Origin: Candidatus Latescibacterota bacterium | GTDB lineage: Bacteria; Latescibacterota; UBA2968; UBA8231 | Assembly (NCBI GenBank): GCA_965197905.1 | Contig: CBDAOB010000004.1 | Location: forward strand, 1,856,001-1,920,000 | Length of the DNA stretch: 64,000 nt | Reading direction: 5' to 3' | Part shown: positions 37,747 through 46,875 of the stretch, piece by piece | Layout of the letters: every line of letters starts with the position of its first letter | Position numbering within the stretch: position 1 is the stretch's first letter | Notes under the pieces: generated by a model | What the model was told of the DNA's origin: nothing | What the model saw: only the letters and a program-made list of their open reading frames with translations | The model's database searches: none | Position numbers and translations under genes: made by a program

Positions 37747-39699
37747 GTGATTCACAGTAGTTTGCCAGGAGCGGTGATCCAGCGTTTGATCGGTTGGGGC
37801 CGTGTCTGGTCGATTCCTTCCTTCGCGTCCTACCTGCTTTGTAGTCTCGTCTTCACCTACCCGCTAGTCCTCCAGCTAGGTACCCATGTGCCCGGCACGG
37901 TTGCCGGCGACGTACCGGTCTATATCTGGAACCTGTGGTGGACCAGGTTCGCGCTCCTGGCCGGCGCAAGCCCTCTCTTCTCCGACTACATCTTCGCGCC
38001 CAACGGCGTTTCGCTGGTCTTCCACGCATTTGTTTTCTTCAAGTCGCTGCTGGCCATCCCCATGCAGGCGCTGTTCAGCACGTGGACCAGCTACAACCTG
38101 CTCATCCTCGAAACCTTCACCGTGTCGGGGTACTTTATGTACCTCCTGGCACGGCACCTCACCGAAAGTCGAGCCGCCGCCTGGGTGGCGGGGTTGATCT
38201 ACGGCTTCAGTCCGTACATGCTGACGCGAGGTACCGGCCACCTGAACTACCTCAGCGGTGAGTTTATTCCGCTCTATGCACTGTGCCTTGTGCGTTTGAT
38301 CGAAGAAGGTCGAGCCAGATGGGCCGTGGGTGGGGGGGTTTGTCTGCTGTTCACCGCCTATTGTGAGTATTACTACCTGATATATCTGAGCATCTTCACC
38401 CTGGCCTTTCTCGCTTATCGTATCCGTCGCGATCCCACCTCCGCGCTGCGCCCGGACCTGGTCAAACAGCTTGGTTTGATGGGCGCCATCGTATTGGTGG
38501 GATTCTCTCCCATTCTAATGGCCCTTCTTACCGCGACGGAAAGCGGGTTTATCTACGGTGGGTGGAGTGGCTCGGCTAAGATGGGGGCAGACCTGCTGGC
38601 GTTCGTGGTGCCCCCGCCAGGCAGCCTGCTGTACGGCGATGTCGGCCGCAGTCTCTACGCCGTTTTCACCGGCGGCAACGCCATCGAAGGCACGGTTTTC
38701 GTTGGTTTCACGGCGCTGGCGCTGGCCGTATGGAGCTCGCTTCGCCTGCGCCGCGATTTACAGGTGCGGCCATGGTTATGGATCACACTGCTGTTCTGGT
38801 TGTTGTCGCTGGGCCCGCTCCTGCACATCGGCGGGGATTTTGTTTTTGGATTCGGACCCGTTCGGTTCTCGATTCCACTGCCATACTTCCTAGTGCACTA
38901 CATCCCGTTGATCAAGGGTGCCCGCGTTCCCGCGCGTTTCGACATCATGGTCAATCTCGGCATCGCGGTTCTTTGCGCTTTCACGCTGCGGCACCTGTTG
39001 CAGCTGACCACCAAAGCATGGCCTGCGGCGTTTGGAGTTTCGCTGTTGATCGCCCTGGAGTACCTGAGGTTACCCTACCCGACGGCGGAGGTAAAAATCC
39101 CCGAGTTTTACCGCGAGATCGCCGCCGACCCACGCGAGGTATCGGTCATGGAGGTACCCCTGGGTTGGCGCACCGGCTGGGGCAGCACCGGACGCAGTCA
39201 CGACTGGCAGCAGCTCTACCAGATCGTGCACGGCAAACGCATTATCGGTGGATTCGCCTCCCGCGTTCCGGAAAGCCAACTGCAGGCGATGACGGATCTG
39301 CCGGCCATTGCTCCATTGCTGCGCCTGCAGGAATCCGTGCCCACCGAACCCTCGGCCACCGGTGCCCGTCGGGAAGCCATTTGCGCCCAGGTTCGCGAAC
39401 TGATTGACCATCTACCCGAATTCGCGGCGCAGCAGTTGGAAGCCAATGCCGCGTTGCAACGATTCCTGCAGCTGGCGCCGAGCCGCACATCGGTGTCCGA
39501 CGAACCCTCTACCTGGAGCCGATCCAGCGGTGCCAGGCTGGTCGAGGCGACGCAGCTGGGGTACATCGTGGTCCATCCGCCGTACAGCGACCTTGCGCCG
39601 CTCACAAGTTATCTCGAACGTGTATGGTCCTTGCGCAGGCTCTACGAGCGCGACGGAATCATCGCATACGCGGTAGTCCCCGACACCTCCACCAGATAA
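37747..39699 (+). CDS. YfhO-like/GT-C fold membrane protein
   Basis: IWNLWW, IFAPNG, GLIYGFSPY, GHLN, ADLLAF, RVPARF, YQIVHGK. Start uncertain (37738-37786). Confidence 0.7.
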   Translation: MIHSSLPGAVIQRLIGWGRVWSIPSFASYLLCSLVFTYPLVLQLGTHVPGTVAGDVPVYIWNLWWTRFALLAGASPLFSDYIFAPNGVSLVFHAFVFFKSLLAIPMQALFSTWTSYNLLILETFTVSGYFMYLLARHLTESRAAAWVAGLIYGFSPYMLTRGTGHLNYLSGEFIPLYALCLVRLIEEGRARWAVGGGVCLLFTAYCEYYYLIYLSIFTLAFLAYRIRRDPTSALRPDLVKQLGLMGAIVLVGFSPILMALLTATESGFIYGGWSGSAKMGADLLAFVVPPPGSLLYGDVGRSLYAVFTGGNAIEGTVFVGFTALALAVWSSLRLRRDLQVRPWLWITLLFWLLSLGPLLHIGGDFVFGFGPVRFSIPLPYFLVHYIPLIKGARVPARFDIMVNLGIAVLCAFTLRHLLQLTTKAWPAAFGVSLLIALEYLRLPYPTAEVKIPEFYREIAADPREVSVMEVPLGWRTGWGSTGRSHDWQQLYQIVHGKRIIGGFASRVPESQLQAMTDLPAIAPLLRLQESVPTEPSATGARREAICAQVRELIDHLPEFAAQQLEANAALQRFLQLAPSRTSVSDEPSTWSRSSGARLVEATQLGYIVVHPPYSDLAPLTSYLERVWSLRRLYERDGIIAYAVVPDTSTR

Positions 39700-39721
39700 C
39701 CAGACGGCAAGGCGGAGCCCG

Positions 39722-40444
39722 TTGGCAGAGCCCGAACGACCGACGCTTTACATCGTCATACCTGCCCTCAATGAGGAGGAGATCATCCTCACCACCTTGA
39801 GGCGGATCGAGAACGAGTTGGATCTGGACTACCAGGTCATCGTCGTCAACGATCACTCCACCGATCGCACCGAAGAAGTGGTGCGCGAGTTCGCCATCGA
39901 AAACCACCACGTACAGCTGGTGAACAACGAAGGCGGCCGCGGGTTTACCAATGCCCTGCGGGTGGGATACGATGCGGCGGGAGAGGGTGTGATCGTGACT
40001 ATGATGGCGGATCTCTGCGATGATCCACAAACCTTGCCGAGGATGTATGAGAAAATCGTCGAAGGGTACGACGTGGTCTGCGGTTCCCGCTACATGCCCG
40101 GGGGTGGAAAGGAAGCGGAAGACAGCGAGGTGAAAGGGGCTCTTTCGAGGTTTGTGGGTCTCTCGCTGCGCTGGCTCGTAGGGCTGCCGACCCACGACGT
40201 TACCAACGCTTTCAAGATGTACCGCAGCGAAATACTGAAGTCGATCACCATCGAAGAGGCAGGTTTCGCCAGCTCACTGGAGATAACGGTCAAGGCGTAT
40301 CTTAAGGGGTGTCGCATCACCGAGGTTCCCACGGTGTGGCGTGGGCGCACGGCGGGCAAATCGAAATTCAGCATGTTGAAGGGGGGAAAGGACTACCTGC
40401 GCTGGTACGTGTGGGCGGTTCTTCTGCGGAAACACAAGTTCTAG
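39722..40444 (+). CDS. GT2 glycosyltransferase (polyprenol-phosphate sugar synthase-like)
   Basis: IVIPALNEE, VNDHSTDRT, MMADLCD, VCGSRY, HDVTNAFK. Confidence 0.88.
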   Translation: MAEPERPTLYIVIPALNEEEIILTTLRRIENELDLDYQVIVVNDHSTDRTEEVVREFAIENHHVQLVNNEGGRGFTNALRVGYDAAGEGVIVTMMADLCDDPQTLPRMYEKIVEGYDVVCGSRYMPGGGKEAEDSEVKGALSRFVGLSLRWLVGLPTHDVTNAFKMYRSEILKSITIEEAGFASSLEITVKAYLKGCRITEVPTVWRGRTAGKSKFSMLKGGKDYLRWYVWAVLLRKHKF

Positions 40445-40465
40445 TCGACGCTGGCGGTCCTTACA

Positions 40466-41530
40466 TTACGAACCGCGCTCCAGGGTTGCCTCGACGATCT
40501 CACCAATGATCCGTTCCATGTCGTACTGATACGACCACTCGGGGTAATGCTGTTGGAATCGGCGCACGTCGCTGATCCACCAGATATGGTCGCCCGACCG
40601 CGCATCCTCTCCCAAGGTGTAGTCCAGCTTCTTGCCCGAAGATTTCTCCGTCATGGCGATCGCCTCCAGCATGGAGCAGTTGCTGTGCCGGCTGCCCCCC
40701 ATGTTATACACCTCGCCCATCCGGGGATCGCGGAAAAACTCCCAGAATGCGGCCACGAGGTCGCGGCTGTGGATGTTGTCCCGCACCTGTTTTCCCTTGT
40801 AACCGAAGATGGTGTACGGCCGGCCGGTCACGGCGCATTTGACCAGGTAGGCGAGAAACCCGTGAAGCTCAGCGCCCGAATGAGCGGGCCCCGTCAGACA
40901 GCCGCCGCGAAACGAAACGGTCTTCAGGTCGAAGTAACGGCCGTACTCCTGGGTCATCACATCCGCAGCCACCTTGGATGCGCCGAACACGCTGTGCTTC
41001 GACTGATCGATGGTCATGCTCTCGTCGATGCCGTATTCACAGTACGGATGTGACGAGTCGACCTCCCAACGGGACTCTCGTTCGACCAGCGGCAAGCGGT
41101 TCGGTGTGTCTCCGTAGACCTTGTTGGTGCTACAGAAGATGAACGCCGCCTGCGGACAATGCCTGCGCGTTGCCTCCAACAGGTTCAGGGTACCGTTGGC
41201 GTTTACACTGAAATCTGTAAGCGGCTCCTTCGCCGCCCAGTCGTGAGAAGGCTGGGCGGCGGTGTGAACGATCAGTTCGATCTCCGTACCATATTGCGCG
41301 AACAAGCGGTTCAGGTCCTCCGTGTCGCGCACGTCAATGTCGTGGTGGCGGTAATTCCCCAGGGTCTTCTCTAGGGCCTGTCGATTCCATTCCGTTGAGC
41401 CATCGGACCCGAAGAAGTACTGTCGCATATTGTTGTCGACACCGGCGACATCCATCCCCTGGGCGTGCAAGAATCTCGCCGATTCGCTGCCGATCAGTCC
41501 GGCGGAGCCTGTGACCAGTGCAACACTCAC
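40466..41530 (-). CDS. NAD-dependent epimerase, CDP-paratose 2-epimerase-like
   Basis: [36 protein letters not shown]. Confidence 0.85.
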   Translation of the reverse strand: MSVALVTGSAGLIGSESARFLHAQGMDVAGVDNNMRQYFFGSDGSTEWNRQALEKTLGNYRHHDIDVRDTEDLNRLFAQYGTEIELIVHTAAQPSHDWAAKEPLTDFSVNANGTLNLLEATRRHCPQAAFIFCSTNKVYGDTPNRLPLVERESRWEVDSSHPYCEYGIDESMTIDQSKHSVFGASKVAADVMTQEYGRYFDLKTVSFRGGCLTGPAHSGAELHGFLAYLVKCAVTGRPYTIFGYKGKQVRDNIHSRDLVAAFWEFFRDPRMGEVYNMGGSRHSNCSMLEAIAMTEKSSGKKLDYTLGEDARSGDHIWWISDVRRFQQHYPEWSYQYDMERIIGEIVEATLERGS

Positions 41531-41538
41531 CCGCTACC

Positions 41539-42606
41539 TCAGCTGAAGATGGGGCGGACCGTATCCTCTTCCGCCTTGAGCCACTCGAAAACGTCGGTCG
41601 CGATCTCTCTTATCCCCGTCTTGGGACGCCACCCCGTGCTCGATGTTACCTTGCTGTTGTCGGTCACATAGTACGGTACGTCCACCTTGCCGGTCTCCGG
41701 GTCTGCGCTTATCTCCACCTCCCTCCCGGTTACCTCGCGACACAGCTTCGTGTACTGTCTCAGGGAGGTCGAACCTTGCAGACCACCGCCCACATTGAAG
41801 ACCTCGCCGGCATACTCCTGCATCCGCTCCGACTGCAGGTCGATGAGCGCAAACAGATCGTCGGGATGGAGCAGATCTCGCACCTGTTTTCCGGTGCCGC
41901 CAAAGCCGATATAACGCAACGGTTTCTCGAAGTAGTGCCGCGCAACCCACATGGTGTACACGCCTTGATCCGCCTTGCCCCACTGCCCGCTGCCGGCGAT
42001 GACGCCGCACCGATTGACCACCGCGTGCAAGTCGAAGAGCTCGCTGTACTCCTGGATGATGAGTTCCGAAGCGAGTTTCGTCGCGCCGTACAAGGATCTG
42101 TACCGCGCTGTTTCGAAGGTCTCGGAAATGCCGTCAACAGAGCAACCAAGCGGAAGGGTTTCGCACTCGTCCAGGTCGAGGCGTTCGTCTCCAGCGGTCA
42201 AGGGCAAAGCCTTCAAAGCCGGGATGGAGTAGACCCGGGAGGTGGACAGAAAGATTACAGCGTCGCAACGCTTGCGGGCGAACTCCAGACAGTTCAGCGT
42301 TCCCGTTAGGTTGGTATGCAGCAGGTAGGAAGGCTCTGAGTTGAGGCCGGCGAGGACCGAAGCTTCGGCCGACGCCTCGATAAGCCGATCGAACGATCCT
42401 TCTACCGCCGCCAGATCGTCGGGGTTGCGAATATCGCCATGGACAAACTCGATACCTCGACGCTTGAAATCGGAGAGGTTCAACTCGGAGCCCCGTCGCT
42501 TTAAGTTGTCCACGACAACTACGCGGCGATCGGGATAACGATCTTTTAGTCGCCGCGCGATGCTGGCGCCCACGAAACCAGCACCTCCCGTAATCAGTAC
42601 GCTCAA
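41539..42606 (-). CDS. NAD-dependent epimerase, second CDP-paratose 2-epimerase-like paralogue
   Basis: TGGAGFVG, DNLKRRGSE, STSRVY, YGATK, QWGKADQG, GKQVRD. Confidence 0.85.
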   Translation of the reverse strand: MSVLITGGAGFVGASIARRLKDRYPDRRVVVVDNLKRRGSELNLSDFKRRGIEFVHGDIRNPDDLAAVEGSFDRLIEASAEASVLAGLNSEPSYLLHTNLTGTLNCLEFARKRCDAVIFLSTSRVYSIPALKALPLTAGDERLDLDECETLPLGCSVDGISETFETARYRSLYGATKLASELIIQEYSELFDLHAVVNRCGVIAGSGQWGKADQGVYTMWVARHYFEKPLRYIGFGGTGKQVRDLLHPDDLFALIDLQSERMQEYAGEVFNVGGGLQGSTSLRQYTKLCREVTGREVEISADPETGKVDVPYYVTDNSKVTSSTGWRPKTGIREIATDVFEWLKAEEDTVRPIFS

Positions 42607-42647
42607 CCTGTGTGATCCGCTGGTATCGGGTGAAGTATCTGCACGCT

Positions 42648-43637
42648 CTAGGAAGGGACCGGGCTGTCCGGGTGGATCAGGTTTTCGGCTTTGATCTCAG
42701 CCCAAAAATCAGCCGGGATCTCTTCCTCGAGGATCTCGTAATTCTCGTTGACCCGGTCCGGCTGCCGGGTACCGGGGATAATGGTCGTGATGGCCGGATG
42801 AGCCAGGGCGAACTGGGAGGCAGCGGCTTTGAGTGACACCTTGTGGCGCGCAGCCACTTCCTCAAGACCTTTCGCTTTCTCCAGGATTTCCGGCGGTGCA
42901 TCGGAGTAGTTGTATTTTGCTCCCGGGGTCGAGCCCTTGGCCAAGATGCCGCTGTTGAAGGTGCCGCCGGCCATGATGCCGATATGCTTCTCCTCACACA
43001 AAGGCAGGAGCTGGTCGAGGGAGCTTTGGTCCAACAGGCTGTAGCGACCAGCAAGCAAAAAACAATCGAAGTCTCCCTCGCGGGCGAAGCGCGCCAGCAT
43101 CTCCCACTGGTTCATGCCGGCGCTCACCGCCTGGACGGTGCCTTCGCTCCGCAGCTTGTCCAGCGCCGGATACGCGCCTTCCATCGCTTCCTCAAAGTGT
43201 CGGTCGGGATCGTGGATATGCAGAATGTCGACCCGATCCAAACCCAGCCGCTCCAGGCTGTCCTCCAGCGATCGCATAACCCCGTCATAGCTGAAATTAA
43301 ACACCGGATCGAACGGCGGCGCGTTTTCGAAGATCGACTGTCCGGCCGGCGCGCCCTCGCTGGGCACGAGCACGCGGCCGACCTTGGTGGCCAAGTAGTA
43401 GGAGTCCCGCGGGATTCCCTTCAGCGCTTCACCGACCCGCGTCTCACTCTTTCCGGAACCGTAAAGGGGGGCCGTGTCAATCAGATTCAGCCCAAGATCC
43501 AAGGCTCGATGGACCACCGCCGTGGCCTGCTCGTCCGGGATATCTCCGAACAACCCGCCCAGGGATGCACACCCCAGACCAAGCTGGGTCACTTCGAGCC
43601 CACTGCTGCCAAGCGTCTGTCTTTGCAGGGGATTCAT
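42648..43637 (-). CDS. Aldo/keto reductase (D-threo-aldose 1-dehydrogenase-like)
   Basis: DTAPLYG, ATKVGR, HIHDPD, LAGRYSLLDQ, FNSGILA. Confidence 0.9.
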   Translation of the reverse strand: MNPLQRQTLGSSGLEVTQLGLGCASLGGLFGDIPDEQATAVVHRALDLGLNLIDTAPLYGSGKSETRVGEALKGIPRDSYYLATKVGRVLVPSEGAPAGQSIFENAPPFDPVFNFSYDGVMRSLEDSLERLGLDRVDILHIHDPDRHFEEAMEGAYPALDKLRSEGTVQAVSAGMNQWEMLARFAREGDFDCFLLAGRYSLLDQSSLDQLLPLCEEKHIGIMAGGTFNSGILAKGSTPGAKYNYSDAPPEILEKAKGLEEVAARHKVSLKAAASQFALAHPAITTIIPGTRQPDRVNENYEILEEEIPADFWAEIKAENLIHPDSPVPS

Positions 43638-43747
43638 GGGGTTCCTTTCTCAACCTTTCCGGTGTGTTTCTGGCGACGAAGCCCGCAAATATAAGCAATA
43701 TCGCGCCGATGACACCGAAAGCGACCAACATTCACTCCGCGATTCGC

Positions 43748-43776
43748 TTGACGACTTCTGGGCACGGCGTTAGATT
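43748..43776 (+). promoter_or_regulatory. Sigma70-type promoter of the 43.8-50.4 kb gene run
   Basis: TTGACG, 17 nt, TAGATT. Confidence 0.6.
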
Positions 43777-43805
43777 TTCGCCGCGGCACAACTGGCCAGA
43801 ACCTA

Positions 43806-45266
43806 TTGTATATAAATCAGATACAAAGAATCGAACGGCGGCTGGGCGGGCTCTTGCGAACGGTATTTTCTGCAGGTGTTCTAGTCGTTTCAGAATGCAC
43901 GGCGGAACGCGGGGAGGAGTCGGCGGCCCACCCGGAAGAACCCCTAATACGGGATTCGAGTGTTGCGGCCGCTCCGGTATGGCTGCCTTGGTCTGAAGAG
44001 CTGTTTCCGCATGCAGCCGAGCTGGGTCGCCCGGTCCTGCTCTATTTCTCCGTACCTGGATGGGATGAGATGCGGCTACGCCAACGACCATCGCTGCAAT
44101 CGATAGTGCAGCAGAGGTATGTGGCGACCCGGGTGAATCCGCTCTATCGTCCCGATGTAGCGGCCCGTTTTTCCACCGCCGGATGGCCCGCTTTCGTGCT
44201 GTTGCTGCCCGATGGACGACCCTTTGCCGCGGCCGTGGATATCCCCCACGACAACCTGGAGCTGTATCTGCTGCGCCAAGCCCGGAACTTTGCCGAGAAG
44301 CGGGGGGTCATCGAATCCAAACTGAAGCCGATAGTAGCCCCCAAGCAGGCGCAACCCGCTTCGGCCGAGCAGGTGTTTGACATCCTTGCCGCGCGGTTCG
44401 ATTCGGCTCACGGAGGGTTTGGCGCCGACGGTCCGAAATATCTCAATCCCAGGGTCCTGCGCTTTCTGGCCCGCTACGGAACCGACGAGGCGGCAGCGAT
44501 GGTCCAACCTACCCTTGAAACCATGCTCGGCTCAGCCATGCACGGTGCGGACGGAGGCATCTTCTCGTTTTCATACACCCGCGACTGGCGTACTCCCGGA
44601 GCGGAGCAGGACCTGGCAGACCAGGCGGTGCTGTTAGGGGTTATGCTTGCAGACCAGCCGGGTCCCAACCCCCGTGCGGTCGCCGCGGAGCAGCTGTTTG
44701 AGGAAATCACTGCCGCCTTCTTCGACCGGGAACGAGGGGTGTTTCACGGTCGTCGCATGCTAGACGAAAACGGCGTCTGGAGCGTCGATCCGGCGATCTA
44801 TACCGGCCGCAACGCCGTAGCAATTCGCGCCTGCGTTCTGGCATCTAGTCAGCTGGCTGACGATCGGGCGTGGGACATGGCCCAGAAAGCCGCGAAGTAC
44901 CTGTTGCAGAACAACCTTGGCGACGACGGATTATTCTACCATCATTCCGGAGTCCCCGAAGGCGCAAAGTTGGTGCTGAAGGAAGACCAGGCGCTGGCCG
45001 CACTCGCCATGCTGGATCTGGCTGGGTTGGATCCGGAGGCGCTGTGGATGGATCGAGCGTGGCGCATCTCGGTGGAGCTGAAGGAGGGCAATGGGAGGTG
45101 GTCTCCCGGCGCGGTTTCCCCCGCCGCCGTCGAGCTTCTTTGGCGACTGGACGAGCGCCACGCCGCTCGCTCGCTGATGCGCCAGGTAACCGACTGGAAC
45201 CGCTCGCTCGATGCTACCGCCGACTACGGTAGGGCGTTGTTGACCGTTGGGTTGAAACACGAATGA
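43806..45266 (+). CDS. Degenerate DUF255/YyaL (SPATA20-like) thioredoxin + alpha/alpha-barrel protein
   Basis: WLPWSEE, RPVLL, RPDV, GWP..V.L.PDGRPF, FDSAHGGFG, PK, YTGRNA, EDQA. Start uncertain. Confidence 0.65.
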   Translation: MYINQIQRIERRLGGLLRTVFSAGVLVVSECTAERGEESAAHPEEPLIRDSSVAAAPVWLPWSEELFPHAAELGRPVLLYFSVPGWDEMRLRQRPSLQSIVQQRYVATRVNPLYRPDVAARFSTAGWPAFVLLLPDGRPFAAAVDIPHDNLELYLLRQARNFAEKRGVIESKLKPIVAPKQAQPASAEQVFDILAARFDSAHGGFGADGPKYLNPRVLRFLARYGTDEAAAMVQPTLETMLGSAMHGADGGIFSFSYTRDWRTPGAEQDLADQAVLLGVMLADQPGPNPRAVAAEQLFEEITAAFFDRERGVFHGRRMLDENGVWSVDPAIYTGRNAVAIRACVLASSQLADDRAWDMAQKAAKYLLQNNLGDDGLFYHHSGVPEGAKLVLKEDQALAALAMLDLAGLDPEALWMDRAWRISVELKEGNGRWSPGAVSPAAVELLWRLDERHAARSLMRQVTDWNRSLDATADYGRALLTVGLKHE

Positions 45267-46171
45267 AGGTCCTGGTAACCGGGGCCACCGGGTTTTTGGG
45301 GCGCAGCTTGATGCGCCAAGCGCATGCTGCCGATCGCATAGGTTGCGGTCGGCACGCATCCACTGATTTCGGCCTCAACTATCTACAGATCGATCTGACC
45401 GACGGCACCTCATTGCGCCGTGCGTTCGACTCCGTGCGCCCCGATTGGGTCGTACACACAGCGGCGCTCACCGCGGTAGACCGATGCGAGACGGAACGGG
45501 GGGAAGCGCAGCGCATCAACCTCGACATCGTGTCCCACGTCCTGGATGCGTGTGCGACCGTCGGCGCCGGCATGGTTCACCTTTCGACCGACTACGTTTT
45601 CGACGGCCGAAACGGTCCGTACGACGAGTCTGATCCGACAAACCCGTTGTCGTATTACGGCCAAATCAAGCTTGAAAGCGAACGCCTCGTCATGAACGCC
45701 GGCGTGCCTGGTATCGTGTTGCGAACACTATGGCTCTACGGGTATATTCCGCACACCCGGCCGAACCTGGTCACCTGGCCGTTGGTGTCACTACAGCAGG
45801 GCCAGGCGCTGAAGATCGTGGACGACCAGTGGGGAAACCCCACGTTGGTCGATGACCTGGCGATGGCCATTCTCGACCTGTGTTGCCAGGATCAGCGCGG
45901 CATCTTCCACATGGGTGGCGACACCTACCTGACCCGGTTCGAGCTGGTGGTCGAGCTGGCGCGATACTTCGGGTTCCGAGAGGAGCTGGTGCAGCCGATC
46001 TCGACAGACGATGCAGGCCAACGGGCACGGCGGCCGCTGAAATCAGGTTTGAAAACCGAACGTCTGGCCGCTGTGCTCGGGCGGTCACCCCTCGGTTTTC
46101 TCGAAGGCGTCGAGCGGCTTGCACGCCATAGCGCGTTCAAACGGGACTTCCCCAATTTGCGGAGCCATTGA
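45263..46171 (+). CDS. rmlD: dTDP-4-dehydrorhamnose reductase-family SDR
   Basis: TGATGFLG, AALTAVDRCE, STDYVFDG, YYGQIKL, DDQWGNPT. Confidence 0.8.
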   Translation: MKVLVTGATGFLGRSLMRQAHAADRIGCGRHASTDFGLNYLQIDLTDGTSLRRAFDSVRPDWVVHTAALTAVDRCETERGEAQRINLDIVSHVLDACATVGAGMVHLSTDYVFDGRNGPYDESDPTNPLSYYGQIKLESERLVMNAGVPGIVLRTLWLYGYIPHTRPNLVTWPLVSLQQGQALKIVDDQWGNPTLVDDLAMAILDLCCQDQRGIFHMGGDTYLTRFELVVELARYFGFREELVQPISTDDAGQRARRPLKSGLKTERLAAVLGRSPLGFLEGVERLARHSAFKRDFPNLRSH

Positions 46172-46866
46172 CTATTCGCGTCTCGCTGATCACACCGACC
46201 TACAATGAGAAGGAGAACGTCGAGCCTCTGGCCGCCGAAATATTCGAGACCCTTGCGGACCATCCCCACATCGACCTGGAGCTCATCATCGTCGACGACA
46301 ACTCGCCCGACGGCACCGGGCAAGTGGCGGAAGCGATGAAGGGCCAGTATCCGGTTCAGGTCATACACCGACCCGGAAAGCTCGGCTTGGGATCGGCGGT
46401 AATGGAGGGATTCGCGCGCTCGGAGCGGCCCTATCTGGGTGTCATCGACGCCGACTTGAGCCACGATCCGGTGATTTTGCCCCAGTTGATCAACGGCCTC
46501 AAAGAGTACGATATAACCATAGGCAGCCGCTTTGGCGTTTCCAGCCACGTTGAAGACTGGGCACTGCATCGCAAGCTTATCTCCGTGATCGGCGTCGGCT
46601 GTGCGCGGCTGATTACGGGGGTCGAGGATCCTCTGTCGGGGTATTTCTTTTTACAACGTTCCGTACTTGATTCGGTCAACCTTACCTCTTCCGGCTACAA
46701 AATTCTTTTGGAGATTTTGGTCAAAGGCTGCTACCGGACACATCATTCCATCCCGTTTATTTTTCGCAATCGCCAGTTCAGCCGCAGCAAGCTCAACATG
46801 CGAGAGCATCTCCTGTTCTCGAAGCAGATTCTGTATTTCTCTCTCCGCAGGTTGTTCAAGCGCTAG
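46168..46866 (+). CDS. Polyprenol monophosphomannose synthase-like GT2
   Basis: PTYNEKEN, VDDNSPDGT, KLGLGSA, DADLSH, DPLSG. Confidence 0.88.
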   Translation: MTIRVSLITPTYNEKENVEPLAAEIFETLADHPHIDLELIIVDDNSPDGTGQVAEAMKGQYPVQVIHRPGKLGLGSAVMEGFARSERPYLGVIDADLSHDPVILPQLINGLKEYDITIGSRFGVSSHVEDWALHRKLISVIGVGCARLITGVEDPLSGYFFLQRSVLDSVNLTSSGYKILLEILVKGCYRTHHSIPFIFRNRQFSRSKLNMREHLLFSKQILYFSLRRLFKR

Positions 46867-46875
46867 TCCGGTGGC

